A stretch of 32,352 nt of DNA, from positions 1 to 32,352 of IMG/VR virus record IMGVR_UViG_3300032335_000831; one strand, given 5' to 3'. This document shows, one piece after another, positions 1-8,897 of the stretch. The notes below the pieces were generated by a model. The model did not search any database, was not told the DNA's origin, and saw only the letters and a list, made by a program, of their open reading frames with translations. The DNA comes from a virus. Its lineage: Duplodnaviria; Caudoviricetes. The position numbers were made by a program, and so were the translations under genes. Every line of letters begins with the position of its first letter. The stretch's first letter is position 1.

Positions 1-336
1 TACAACATTCAGTTCAGCGTTCAATTTGTAAACACCGACAACAACATCCACGACACCGATATTTGGATGCGTAAAAACGGCGTAAATGTGCCTGACACTA
101 ACAGCCAGTTTTCCGTGCCCAATCGGCACGGCAGCATAGACGGTCACTTGATTGGCGCGTTGAATTTGTTTATTGATTTAGCCGCAGACGAATACATCGA
201 ATTAATGTGGGCAACTACTAACGCCTCCACTACAATTCAGTACATTGCTGCACAAACCGGGCCAGTTCGCCCGGCCACGCCGTCAGTCATATTAACTGTG
301 TCGATAGCCTCTGTGCCGACATTACAGGGAGTTTAA
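1..336 (+). CDS. Virion structural protein, 5'-truncated (beta-rich, tail-associated)
   Basis: Frame 1 is open from base 1 (YNIQFSVQFVNTDNNIHDTDIWMRKNG...) to TAA at 334-336, so the ORF-track start at 67 is internal. Lies upstream of the ejection genes. Confidence 0.6.
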   Translation, partial: YNIQFSVQFVNTDNNIHDTDIWMRKNGVNVPDTNSQFSVPNRHGSIDGHLIGALNLFIDLAADEYIELMWATTNASTTIQYIAAQTGPVRPATPSVILTVSIASVPTLQGV

Positions 337-338
337 CC

Positions 339-677
339 ATGGCAACAGTCACCCCCAAAGTTTTCGTTCCGGGCAAAACGGTCGAGGCAACTCAAACTAC
401 TCAATACACGGCCAATGGCGTAACGGCCATTATTGACAAGTTCACAGCAACGAATTACAGCGCCACCGCCGCGACGATTAGCGTCAACCTCGTCACGGCG
501 GCTAGCTCGGCAGGCAACCAGAACTTGATTACTAAAACCAAAACGCTTCAGCCGGCCGAGGTGTACACCTTTCCCGAACTTGTAGGCCAAAATCTTGGCA
601 TCGGCGACTTTATCTCGACGATTGCCGGCACGGCCAGCGCCATTAACATGCGCGTCAGTGGACGCGAAGTGACTTAA
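339..677 (+). CDS. Hypothetical virion protein (112 aa, Thr/Ala-rich)
   Basis: GGGAG SD before the ATG; clean ORF in the structural operon. Confidence 0.7.
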   Translation: MATVTPKVFVPGKTVEATQTTQYTANGVTAIIDKFTATNYSATAATISVNLVTAASSAGNQNLITKTKTLQPAEVYTFPELVGQNLGIGDFISTIAGTASAINMRVSGREVT

Positions 678-687
678 GGAGCCTGAC

Positions 688-1437
688 ATGAGTTTCGGTA
701 AACTAATCGGCGGGGCTGCGGGCTTCCTTTTTGGCGGCCCTGCTGGCGCCTCTCTGGGCATGGGTCTTGGTGGCGCGGCAGAAGAAGCCCTTGGTGGCGG
801 TGAAACCGGCGCTATTCGTAACGCATCCCGCGCTCAATCTGAAGCTGCAAACCGCGCAATCGATTTGCAGCGCGAGATATTCAACAAGCAACTTGAACTG
901 GGGCGCCCATATCAAGTAGCTGGCGAGCAAGCGCTTAACAAGCTCGTTCCGCTGGCGTCGGAATATACGCCGTTCGGGATGCAGCAATTCCAAGCCGATC
1001 CTGGCTACGGCTTTCGGTTGTCCGAAGGACAGAAAGCGCTTGAGCGATCTACGGCGGCGAGAGTTGGGCTACAGTCTGGTGCCGCACTTAAAGCTGCTGC
1101 CCGCTACGGCCAAGAAATGGGCTCGCAAGAATTTCAAAACGCCTTCAACCGTTACCAAACCGAGCGTGAGGCTAGGCTCAATCCGCTGCAATCGCTGGCC
1201 GGCGTGGGGCAGACAGCAAGCAACAGGCTCAGCGACACCGCTGGCACGTTCGGCCGAAGCGTGGGCGGCATGTATATGGACCAAGGCAGCAACACTGCCA
1301 ACGCGCTATTGGCTGCACAACGCGCTCGTGGGTCGGCTTACGGCCAACTGGGCAGCGCCCTTGGAAGTTATTTGGGCGGCGGCGGCTTTGGCCGTGGCGG
1401 TCAGATGGATGAACTGCGCAGCTACGGCGTGTTCTGA
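688..1437 (+). CDS. DNA transfer/ejection protein (P22 gp7-like pilot protein)
   Basis: AAGGAG SD; Gly/Ala-rich hydrophobic N-terminus; DPGYGFRLSEGQKALERS..A..G..SG..LKA segment typical of podovirus injection proteins; first of three such genes. Confidence 0.7.
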   Translation: MSFGKLIGGAAGFLFGGPAGASLGMGLGGAAEEALGGGETGAIRNASRAQSEAANRAIDLQREIFNKQLELGRPYQVAGEQALNKLVPLASEYTPFGMQQFQADPGYGFRLSEGQKALERSTAARVGLQSGAALKAAARYGQEMGSQEFQNAFNRYQTEREARLNPLQSLAGVGQTASNRLSDTAGTFGRSVGGMYMDQGSNTANALLAAQRARGSAYGQLGSALGSYLGGGGFGRGGQMDELRSYGVF

Positions 1438-1450
1438 TAAGGACTAAATC

Positions 1451-3286
1451 ATGGCAGTAGATTACAACATCTTGCGCCCGGACGGCCCGACTAACCTATA
1501 CGCAGGGTTCGCCACTGGGCAGCAGGCTGCCGCTCAAAACGCGCTGGCGCAGCAAAAACTCGCTCAAGAGCGCGATTTGATGTCTATGCGCCGCCAAGAG
1601 TTTCAAGCAAATCTTGAAGCCTCGCAGGCCGAGCGCAGGCGCAAGGCGCAAGTTGAGAAGACCGCTATGTTTCGCGAGAGGGTGCTTAGGGCACCTACGC
1701 CGCAGGCTGCGCGTGAACTGGTTCGGTTGCAGCACTCGGACCCCGATCTTGGGCCGGTGATGCAGCAGTTTGGCTCGCTGGATCAAGACCTGGCTGACAT
1801 TCCAGACGATCCGACTGGATTTGAAAACTGGCGGCAGCGTGAGGCGATGGGTGCGGCCGAGTTCATCAAGAAAAACGCCGCTAGACAGCGGAGGCAAAAC
1901 ATTCTTTCGCAGCTTGAAGAGGGCCAGCCTCCCGTCGAGCCTGCTGCGCCGGCTGCTGCTGCTGTTGCGCCGGCTGCTGCTGCTGCTGCGCCTGCTGCGG
2001 CAGAGCCCACGCCGTACACTACTGGCCCACAAGGGGTGATGACCTACCCAGCGGGATATTTTGGGGTTACCGCCAAGCGGGGCGGGCCTGTGGAAATCAG
2101 GATGCAAGACCCGAATGCTGTTGCCGCGCAGCAAGCTGCTGTTGACGCAGAAATAGAACGCCAGCGAGGCGCGTCTACGCCCGCTGATGTGATGCAAAGA
2201 GCCGCCAGCTACGCCACCGCTCGTGGGGAGATGTACCCCACCGACAACGACATAGCTGCTGCTCGGCGCGAGTTAAACATCCCTGCCCGCGCGAACGCTC
2301 TTGCGCCAGCGCCGGTTGCTGCTAACGCTATGCTTGCCGCGCAGCCTGCTGCCACTGCTGCACCGGCTGCTGCTGCGCCGGCTGCTGCGCTTGCTGCCGC
2401 ACAGCGCCCAGCTACTGGCCGGACGCCTGAGCGTATTGCGCGTGAAATTGATCTTCTCAGCCAAGAAGATGACCCCGCTCTAAAAGGAAAAATTGCTAGG
2501 CTGATGAAAGAGTACGAGGCCGCTCTCAAGCCTGCTGCGGCAAAACCCGACACGGTGCCCGCTTCTGTTCGAGAGTTGCAAGCTTACTTGCAAATGACGC
2601 CTGATGAAAGAACGGCTTTTGAAAAGCTGCAAAAAATTAGAACTCCAAATGTTACAGCTACGGCTACGGCTGCTGGTTCACGTTTGGAAAGCGCGGAACA
2701 AAAAGGCAAAGGCGAGCTTAACGTAAAACAATATGGCGAAATAGCAAGCGCGGCTAGATTGGCCGCGAGAACGTTGCCATCAATTGAAACGCAAGCAAAA
2801 ATTCTTGACCAAGGTTTTGCAACCGGCTTTGGCACGGAAGTTAAAAAAGCAGGCGCGTCTGTTCTTGCTGCTTTAGGGGTTAAAGAAGCAGAAAAATTTG
2901 CAACGGACGCACAAACATTTTTTGCTGCTACGCAAGGTGCAGTTTTGCAAAAACAACTTGAGCAAAAGGGTGTGCAAACTGAAGGCGACAACAAACGTAT
3001 TACGCAAACTGGCGCACAACTTGGCAACACGGTTAACGCCAACCGATTTATTATTGACGTTGCAAAAGCTCAACTTCGTCGAGACATAGACCAACGAAAT
3101 TTTTATGATGATTGGTGGTCAAGTAAGAAAACTTATGAAGGAGCGGAAGACGCTTGGTTTAGGGGCGAAGGCGGTAAATCATTGTTTGACAGGCCAGAGC
3201 TAAAAAAATATCTTGAGCCAACGGCTTCTTCTCCTGCCACCAGTTCTGTTCGTAGTCAAGCAGATGCAATTCTTCAAAGGAAGTGA
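1451..3286 (+). CDS. Probable DNA ejection/internal virion protein (611 aa)
   Basis: AAGGA SD; long Ala/Gln-rich helical protein with Ala/Pro linkers; second position in the ejection cluster. Confidence 0.6.
   Translation: MAVDYNILRPDGPTNLYAGFATGQQAAAQNALAQQKLAQERDLMSMRRQEFQANLEASQAERRRKAQVEKTAMFRERVLRAPTPQAARELVRLQHSDPDLGPVMQQFGSLDQDLADIPDDPTGFENWRQREAMGAAEFIKKNAARQRRQNILSQLEEGQPPVEPAAPAAAAVAPAAAAAAPAAAEPTPYTTGPQGVMTYPAGYFGVTAKRGGPVEIRMQDPNAVAAQQAAVDAEIERQRGASTPADVMQRAASYATARGEMYPTDNDIAAARRELNIPARANALAPAPVAANAMLAAQPAATAAPAAAAPAAALAAAQRPATGRTPERIAREIDLLSQEDDPALKGKIARLMKEYEAALKPAAAKPDTVPASVRELQAYLQMTPDERTAFEKLQKIRTPNVTATATAAGSRLESAEQKGKGELNVKQYGEIASAARLAARTLPSIETQAKILDQGFATGFGTEVKKAGASVLAALGVKEAEKFATDAQTFFAATQGAVLQKQLEQKGVQTEGDNKRITQTGAQLGNTVNANRFIIDVAKAQLRRDIDQRNFYDDWWSSKKTYEGAEDAWFRGEGGKSLFDRPELKKYLEPTASSPATSSVRSQADAILQRK
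1941..2000 (+). repeat. GCT/GCGCCG low-complexity repeat encoding PAAPAAAAVAPAAAAAAPAAA; similar tract at about 2345-2400
   Basis: Visible tandem units such as gcgccggctgctgctgct. Confidence 0.75.
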
Positions 3287-3288
3287 CC

Positions 3289-4983
3289 ATGGCTACTGCT
3301 GACGAATACGCCGCATGGATAGTAAAAAATCAGTCTCTTAAAGGTACACCTGATTTTGACACTGTAGCCAAAGCGTACCAAGAAGCAAAATTGACTGAGG
3401 GGCAAGGCGGCATTCCTGGCCCTCGCGCAGCGCCGTCTACGCTAGACGTTGCTACCAGTGCCCCTTACAAAGCGATTGCCGGTGTTGCGGATTTGTTTAT
3501 CAATACTCCGCAAAACATTGCCAACATTGCCAAGATGGCGTATGGCACGGCAGTGACCGCAGCCGGTCGTCCAGAACTAGCGCCAAACGTTACTGAGCCA
3601 AGCCAGCCAGTATCGGCGGCATTTAAACGAATGGGGTTGATTAAGCCCACAGAGGGCATGACGACCGGCCAACGCATCCTAGATGTTGGTCTGCAAGCCG
3701 CCACGGGCGGCGCTATTTCGCCCGCAGCATCTGTGCGAGAAATAGGTTCAAGTGCGCTTAAAGGCTTGGCCGCTGGCACTGCTGGTCAAACCACTACTGA
3801 GCTTACAGGTAGCCCCGTTGCTGGTATGGCTGTTGCTATGGCAACGCCAACCGCAATAACAAGCGCCGCGCAATCAAAACAAGCAAGATTGCAAGCCGAA
3901 AAGGCTCGTAATGCCGTGCGAGATTTGACCATTCGCGCAGGTCAATCAGAAAACTTGGTTGTTACTCCGGGTAGTATTACACCAAGCGTACAAAATGTGC
4001 TTATTGAACGTTTAGCCGGTAAAACAAGGACGCAACAAGAATTTTCAGCAAGAAATCAGGTTGAGTATGACCGACTTGCTAGGCGAGCTGTTGGGATTGG
4101 TGACGCTGATCCTCTCAGCCGCGAAAACATGCGCCAAATTCGTAATCAAGAATATCAAAAAGGTTATGAGCCTCTAAACCGCGTTGGCGCTGTGCAAACA
4201 GATCAGCAATTTAATGCTGCGCTTAACAATGTGTTGTCTGCTTACACTGGGCCGGGTAAGTCATTCCCCGGAGCTATTCCGCAGCCCGTACAAGATTTGG
4301 TTGCAAACTATCGCGTAGGGCAGTTCAATTCTGCCGATGCAATTGCTGCAACTCGCACATTACGCGAACAAGCAAATAACAACATCCGTGCTGGTGGAGA
4401 TAACGCTTCAGTTGGTTTAGCGCAGCGTGCAATTAGCAACGCGCTAGAAGATCAAATTGAGCGTAGCTTGCAAACTTCGGGCAATCCTAACGCTCAGGCC
4501 ATGCTTGACCAGTTCCGCGCATCACGCCAACGTATGGCGATTAGCCATGCGGTTGAAGACGCAATTGTTGAAGGCGGCGGCTCAATTAACGCTCGACAAC
4601 TGGCAAACGATTTGCAAACACGGGGGCGTTATCTAAGTGGCGACCTTGATTTAATTGCAAGGTTTGCAAATATTGCACGACCTGTGACCATTCCACCCAA
4701 TACGTCTGGCACGCCCGGTGCGGGCACTATGGTTGTTGGCGGTGGGATTGGCGCTGGTGTCGGTTCTTTAATTGGCGGCACACAAGGCGCAACTTTAGGT
4801 GGCATGGTCGGTAGTTTTGCTCCTAACGCAATTTCATATGCCGCTCGAAATTATTTGGCTTCTGGCATGGGGCAGCGCCGAGCATTGCCAACATATGATC
4901 GTCCAATCAATAGCTTGATGGCAACAGAACCTTTGAATAACGCTCTGCTGTCTACGTTGATTGCAGCTCCGGTTGCCCCATGA
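3289..4983 (+). CDS. Probable DNA ejection/internal virion protein (about 564 aa)
   Basis: ATG 3289 after AAGGAAG (track start is GTG 3283); Gly/Ala-rich with hydrophobic glycine-zipper segments; third gene of the ejection cluster. Confidence 0.6.
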   Translation: MATADEYAAWIVKNQSLKGTPDFDTVAKAYQEAKLTEGQGGIPGPRAAPSTLDVATSAPYKAIAGVADLFINTPQNIANIAKMAYGTAVTAAGRPELAPNVTEPSQPVSAAFKRMGLIKPTEGMTTGQRILDVGLQAATGGAISPAASVREIGSSALKGLAAGTAGQTTTELTGSPVAGMAVAMATPTAITSAAQSKQARLQAEKARNAVRDLTIRAGQSENLVVTPGSITPSVQNVLIERLAGKTRTQQEFSARNQVEYDRLARRAVGIGDADPLSRENMRQIRNQEYQKGYEPLNRVGAVQTDQQFNAALNNVLSAYTGPGKSFPGAIPQPVQDLVANYRVGQFNSADAIAATRTLREQANNNIRAGGDNASVGLAQRAISNALEDQIERSLQTSGNPNAQAMLDQFRASRQRMAISHAVEDAIVEGGGSINARQLANDLQTRGRYLSGDLDLIARFANIARPVTIPPNTSGTPGAGTMVVGGGIGAGVGSLIGGTQGATLGGMVGSFAPNAISYAARNYLASGMGQRRALPTYDRPINSLMATEPLNNALLSTLIAAPVAP

Positions 4984-5399
4984 ACGTCTATTTAGCCCTG
5001 CGCCACACTGACAGCCCTGGCTTGCCGGGGTTGTTTTCTAAGTACACCCGTTGGCGGTTGCACACACGTTATCCACACGCTGGTATAGCCATTGATGACT
5101 TGATGTACCACGCCACTTTTAAAGATGGCTTACATGTTTCTTTCTACAAGCCTGAAGAATGGGACTTGATCCCCATTAAACTATCTGCTGAAGACGTTAC
5201 TTCACAATTCAAAGAAACCAAGTACGATTGGTTTTCATTGTTATGGTTTATATTACCGTTCAGGGCAAGTAAGCGGAGTTGGCTGTACTGCTATGAATGG
5301 TGCTGGTTGTGTATGACCCGTCAACTCCCCACGCAACGTGTAACGCCAGAAAATTTATTGGCGTTGGTATTAGGGGTTAATGTATGGAGAAAACCGTGA
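4980..5399 (+). CDS. Permuted papain-like (NlpC/P60, YaeF/YiiX-like) protein
   Basis: His motif (YPHAGIAI) precedes KYDW and a Cys motif (LYCYEW), the order seen in circularly permuted NlpC/P60 enzymes; ATGA-coupled to the upstream gene. Confidence 0.55.
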   Translation: MNVYLALRHTDSPGLPGLFSKYTRWRLHTRYPHAGIAIDDLMYHATFKDGLHVSFYKPEEWDLIPIKLSAEDVTSQFKETKYDWFSLLWFILPFRASKRSWLYCYEWCWLCMTRQLPTQRVTPENLLALVLGVNVWRKP

Positions 5400-5662
5400 A
5401 TTGGAAATGGTTTACAGAGAAGGTCTTGCCCGGACTTTTCTTGTTAACTGCATCGCTAGTCATCGGCGGCACATTTAGCATCTACCGAACGGTCAGCGAC
5501 CTATCGGCGGCGGTGCAAAGCCACCAGAAGGACATTACGTTGTTGCAAGTGTCTGTAAAAGAACTGCAAACAAATTCAGTTACTCGATCTGAACTGCTTG
5601 AGACAATGAAGCGCGTAGAGCAGCAGCTAGAAATCATGATGCTGCGGGCCAAGATCAAATGA
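5384..5662 (+). CDS. Single-pass membrane protein with coiled coil (lysis-module, possible holin)
   Basis: Hydrophobic VLPGLFLLTASLVIGGTFSIY followed by a heptad-rich segment; directly upstream of the endolysin. Confidence 0.5.
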   Translation: MEKTVNWKWFTEKVLPGLFLLTASLVIGGTFSIYRTVSDLSAAVQSHQKDITLLQVSVKELQTNSVTRSELLETMKRVEQQLEIMMLRAKIK

Positions 5663-6114
5663 CTTTTAAACTTAGTGCGCGATCCATAGACCGTCTTGTT
5701 GGGGTAAACCCTAATTTGATTCGTGTTGTGCAGCGTGCGATTGAGTTGACAAAAGTAGATTTTGCAGTGACCGAAGGGCTACGCACACCAGAGCGCCAGC
5801 GCGAGCTATACCTTAAAGGAGCCAGCCAGATTAAAGAGGGTGGCACACATATCGAGGGACGGGCCATTGACGTAGTAGCCTACATCGGTAACCGCATCTC
5901 TTGGGAATTGAACCTGTACGACGACATTGCAGACGCGATGCGTTTAGCGGCGATTGAAACGAATGTAGGACTGCGCTGGGGTGCGGCGTGGAACGTTCCT
6001 GATATCAGAAAATGGAATGGCTCTATGGAGTCGGCAATGATGCATTACATTGATACCCGTCGTAAGCAGGGCCAGCGGCCGTTTATAGACGGCCCACACT
6101 TTGAGCTGGTGTGA
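5659..6114 (+). CDS. Endolysin, M15-family (L-Ala-D-Glu-type) peptidase
   Basis: VTEGLRT..RQ..LY, THIEGRAID (HxxGxAxD) and DGPHFEL zinc-ligand motifs. Confidence 0.9.
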   Translation: MTFKLSARSIDRLVGVNPNLIRVVQRAIELTKVDFAVTEGLRTPERQRELYLKGASQIKEGGTHIEGRAIDVVAYIGNRISWELNLYDDIADAMRLAAIETNVGLRWGAAWNVPDIRKWNGSMESAMMHYIDTRRKQGQRPFIDGPHFELV

Positions 6115-6350
6115 TAGATAAGCTGCAACATATCGCTATGGGCGCTGGCGCATGCTTGGCGTTGTGGATTTTGCACAGTCTGCCATTAGGGCAGGCGTTG
6201 TTTCTTGGCTGCGCCGCCTTCGGCGTGTTTTACGAGTGGCAACAGTGGTATCGCAAAGAGGGTACGCCTGACCCGCTGGACGCGCTGGCTACCACGCTGC
6301 CAGGACTAATTGCATACGCCGCTCTGGAGGTGCATAAATGGACCCGCTAA
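6111..6350 (+). CDS. Small membrane protein (79 aa)
   Basis: GTGA overlap with the endolysin stop; DKLQH motif, two to three hydrophobic segments, D..DALAT motif. Confidence 0.6.
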   Translation: MIDKLQHIAMGAGACLALWILHSLPLGQALFLGCAAFGVFYEWQQWYRKEGTPDPLDALATTLPGLIAYAALEVHKWTR

Positions 6351-6706
6351 CCATCCTTGCCGCCCTTGGCCCTCTGGCTGTTGACTTGGGCAAGTCGCTC
6401 ATTGGTCGCTTCATCCAGACCGATCAATACAAGCCCGTCAACGTTGACGAGTACGTCAAAATGCGCCAGCTTGATCTAGACATGTTTAAGGCCATGAACG
6501 AAGCCGGCGGGGCCAACCCCTCATACCCTTGGGTTGAGGCCGCTGTGAGGCTTATGCGGCCCGCTGTGGCCCTTGTTGTGCTGGGCACTTGGGCATCGCT
6601 CAAACTGTCTGGCCAACCGAGCGACGCTGTAGACAACTTCGCTGCGGCTGTGGGTTTTTACCTATTCGGGGATCGGACGCTGTTCTACAGCCGCAAAGCG
6701 AAGTAA
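6338..6706 (+). CDS. Holin-like membrane protein (3TM/GTA-holin-like)
   Basis: GGAGG SD; hydrophobic N-terminus, MRP + TM segment, C-terminal GFYLFGDR and a basic tail; in the lysis cluster. Confidence 0.55.
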   Translation: MDPLTILAALGPLAVDLGKSLIGRFIQTDQYKPVNVDEYVKMRQLDLDMFKAMNEAGGANPSYPWVEAAVRLMRPAVALVVLGTWASLKLSGQPSDAVDNFAAAVGFYLFGDRTLFYSRKAK

Positions 6707-6707
6707 G

Positions 6708-6887
6708 CTACTGCCCAAAGTTGATACCTGCTATCAACGCAATCAGCAGGCAGATAAGCCCAACCAGCACCATTGCGAGCTGGTCGCTAAATTTGTCGTC
6801 TCGGCAAGCGCAAGGCTTACCGTCAATAGTGAAGCCGGTGTTGTTGCACAGACGGCAACGGGACTCCCAATTGTGCGGATCGCTCAT
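6708..6887 (-). CDS. 59-aa protein with CxxC..CxC and C-terminal TM (absent from ORF track)
   Basis: Hand translation: MSDPHNWESRCRLCNNTGFTIDGKPCACRDDKFSDQLAMVLVGLICLLIALIAGINFGQ*; ATGA-coupled to 6884..7090. Confidence 0.65.
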   Translation of the reverse strand: MSDPHNWESRCRLCNNTGFTIDGKPCACRDDKFSDQLAMVLVGLICLLIALIAGINFGQ

Positions 6888-7090
6888 TTTGTCAGTACCT
6901 CTCTGTAAGCGTTAATTGCAGTCTTCAGGTCTTGGCGCAGGGTCTGGATTTCGTATTCGTGTTCCTTGATTTGTAGGAACATTTCTGTTGCCACTTGGGC
7001 CAAGGTCTTGTGTTGCCAGCTTGCGAAGTCTGGCACCTCCGTGAGTGGCTTTGGGGATTGGTCGCTCTTCAGTGTGGAAAGCATGCTCAT
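6884..7090 (-). CDS. Hypothetical coiled-coil protein (PDFASW...LRQDLKTAINAYR)
   Basis: ATGA-coupled at both ends; amphipathic helical composition. True start uncertain. Confidence 0.6.
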   Translation of the reverse strand: MSMLSTLKSDQSPKPLTEVPDFASWQHKTLAQVATEMFLQIKEHEYEIQTLRQDLKTAINAYREVLTK

Positions 7091-7178
7091 TGGCGCACAT
7101 CCTGTATCGTTTGATTATTCCGTTTTTTGTTCTTGTCGCTTTTACTGTTGACCACTGGCCGCATATTGGGCAGTTCAT
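6912..7178 (-). CDS. Zinc-ribbon protein (NrdR N-terminal/Ogr-Delta-like), overlapping both neighbours
   Basis: MNCPICGQWSTVKATR...RYRMCANEHAFHTEE fits the CPxC..R.R.C...H.F.T.E ribbon; GGAGG SD 7 nt before ATG 7178. Confidence 0.6.
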   Translation of the reverse strand: MNCPICGQWSTVKATRTKNGIIKRYRMCANEHAFHTEERPIPKATHGGARLRKLATQDLGPSGNRNVPTNQGTRIRNPDPAPRPEDCN

Positions 7179-7272
7179 TAGTTGGCCTCCATCCGAATTT
7201 TCTCCATGTTTCTTTGATGTCTGTAGCCGCTGCGGGCACATACTTAAAACTTGCATCTAGTAAAGATTTCAT
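7087..7272 (-). CDS. Hypothetical protein (FKYVPAAATDIKETWRKFGW)
   Basis: GGAAG upstream; ATGA-coupled to the 309-aa gene. Confidence 0.6.
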   Translation of the reverse strand: MKSLLDASFKYVPAAATDIKETWRKFGWRPTNELPNMRPVVNSKSDKNKKRNNQTIQDVRQ

Positions 7273-8198
7273 TTTTCTTCCTTGTGTGGCAAAACATAAA
7301 TCATTTCGCCCTTAAAAAGAATTTTCTCAACTGGCACAAACCTATCAGTGTTGTAAACATGATTTTTGTAGATCCAAGAAAGTGTTTTTGCAAAAAAAAG
7401 GACGTTTCGCCAAGCTCCTGGCTTTGTCTCAATGTCGTAATTAGGCAAAGCGTAGCCGGCATCAAAAATATCTTGCACACAATCAAACTTTTTCATTTTT
7501 TCTTCTGCAATAGGTTTTTTTAAGCGCCGTATTTCAAATAACTTTTTAACCCGTTGTTCACGAAATTTATTTTTAACAGTAAGGCAGTGACTTGCATAAG
7601 CACGTGCTTGCTGAAAATCAATCTGAATAGGTTTTATTTCGCTGCGACGTTTTTCCAATTCAACACAGGCTTTGACTACGTTTTCAAACGTCCGAAGTTT
7701 TTCACCACTGGCGTCGCTTAATTTATTGCTATATTTTCTGAATTCAGCCTCGGCATTGATGAGGGCAACGCCCGTTTTTCTACGAGCCTCTTCAATAACC
7801 CAAAGGTCGGCTTTGGTTTTGGCAAGTTGCTCTTGCAATATAGGGTTTGCTATTTTTTCTATCTCTTTTTTTAAACGCAATATTTCAAGCCCCGTTTTAA
7901 TGGCCTGTTCACGATTGTTATCTTCAGCATCGACAGCTTGACGTACCCCTTCTTGTGTTCGCATAAAATCAGGCATAACGTCCGCTCCTGCGTCGCGGCA
8001 ATTGTCGTACTCAACACAAGCTTTTTCTACGTTTACACGCGCCTTATATTCCGCAGAACTGGCTTTGTCTAGGTTCTTGCTACTTTTTTCGTATTCAATC
8101 GCGGCAAATGCAAAGGCAGTTTTTGCTTTTTTGTGGGCCTCTTTAATGACTTGAAGATCGGCCAAAGCTTTGGCAAGTTGCTTTTGATAGTCACTCAT
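7269..8198 (-). CDS. Coiled-coil protein with a 117-aa internal duplication (309 aa)
   Basis: QLAK..ADL.VI.EA...KACVE...REQ......EI.RLKK.I occurs twice; AT-rich. Confidence 0.75.
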   Translation of the reverse strand: MSDYQKQLAKALADLQVIKEAHKKAKTAFAFAAIEYEKSSKNLDKASSAEYKARVNVEKACVEYDNCRDAGADVMPDFMRTQEGVRQAVDAEDNNREQAIKTGLEILRLKKEIEKIANPILQEQLAKTKADLWVIEEARRKTGVALINAEAEFRKYSNKLSDASGEKLRTFENVVKACVELEKRRSEIKPIQIDFQQARAYASHCLTVKNKFREQRVKKLFEIRRLKKPIAEEKMKKFDCVQDIFDAGYALPNYDIETKPGAWRNVLFFAKTLSWIYKNHVYNTDRFVPVEKILFKGEMIYVLPHKEEK

Positions 8199-8200
8199 CT

Positions 8201-8602
8201 TTAAACTTTTTCATTTTGTTGTTTGTACCAATTAAGCGCAGGAATTGGACAAATAAACAACCGCGCTTTCCAATCGTGTAGCAATGCGCGGCACCCAGGG
8301 TCTTGCGCTATCAAATTAGTTTTTGAAAACGCATCAATCTTAAGCGCCACCCAATCAAGCACAACCAAGTCGTAAGCCAGTTCGTTGCCCTTCAGCTTAA
8401 TGAGCTGCTTGACAAGTTTTTCATTTTTGGGCTTGGCCTTGAACTCGGTTTTTGCATCCATCATCATCGTTGCGTTTGCCCACATGACCGCAAGTGGGTG
8501 ATTGCTGGCAAGGGCGTCTCCGGGTTGTTTAGGGTTAGTAAGCGCCCGCTTAAAACAAGATGCCAATCGTTGTTGCGTAGTGTCTGGCGTATGAAAAATC
8601 AT
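8201..8602 (-). CDS. Hypothetical protein (133 aa)
   Basis: Clean ORF in the leftward operon; AAGG upstream. Confidence 0.65.
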   Translation of the reverse strand: MIFHTPDTTQQRLASCFKRALTNPKQPGDALASNHPLAVMWANATMMMDAKTEFKAKPKNEKLVKQLIKLKGNELAYDLVVLDWVALKIDAFSKTNLIAQDPGCRALLHDWKARLFICPIPALNWYKQQNEKV

Positions 8603-8611
8603 TTTTTTGCC

Positions 8612-8701
8612 TTACATCTTTGACCATGCGACCAACACCTCCGCAAACAACCAACACCAAACAACAAAGGCAATGGAAGCGGCGATGATTTCGCTATTCA
8701 T
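8612..8701 (-). CDS. 29-aa hydrophobic peptide
   Basis: MNSEIIAASIAFVVWCWLFAEVLVAWSKM*; AAGGGGG SD lies in the end of the previous gene. Confidence 0.5.
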   Translation of the reverse strand: MNSEIIAASIAFVVWCWLFAEVLVAWSKM

Positions 8702-8897
8702 TTTGCCCCCTTGCTCGGATGGCGGCTGCAACACTGCGACCCAATGGGCTGCGGCCGCTTGTTAAGAAATCTTCTGCCACCTTTGCACAAGCCTCACGCT
8801 CGTCAGCTTGTCCTTTTTTGTAAGCGTTCTCGGCCATCGCGACTGCATCAGATGCAAGCGTCCAAAGATCGCCATCAAACATTTTTGCCGGCGTCAT
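8694..8897 (-). CDS. Modular early protein (EREACAKVA...AAAIRARG family), 67 aa
   Basis: Start moved to ATG 8897 (AAGGGGG SD, ATGA overlap); shares motifs with 8982..9461. Confidence 0.7.
   Translation of the reverse strand: MTPAKMFDGDLWTLASDAVAMAENAYKKGQADEREACAKVAEDFLTSGRSPLGRSVAAAIRARGQNE

Noticed and set aside
333-3779. Long minus-strand ORFs (333-761, 1496-2197, 2209-2553, 2584-3042, 3465-3779)
   Set aside because: Antisense shadows of well-supported virion genes, with low-complexity translations and no recognisable motifs.
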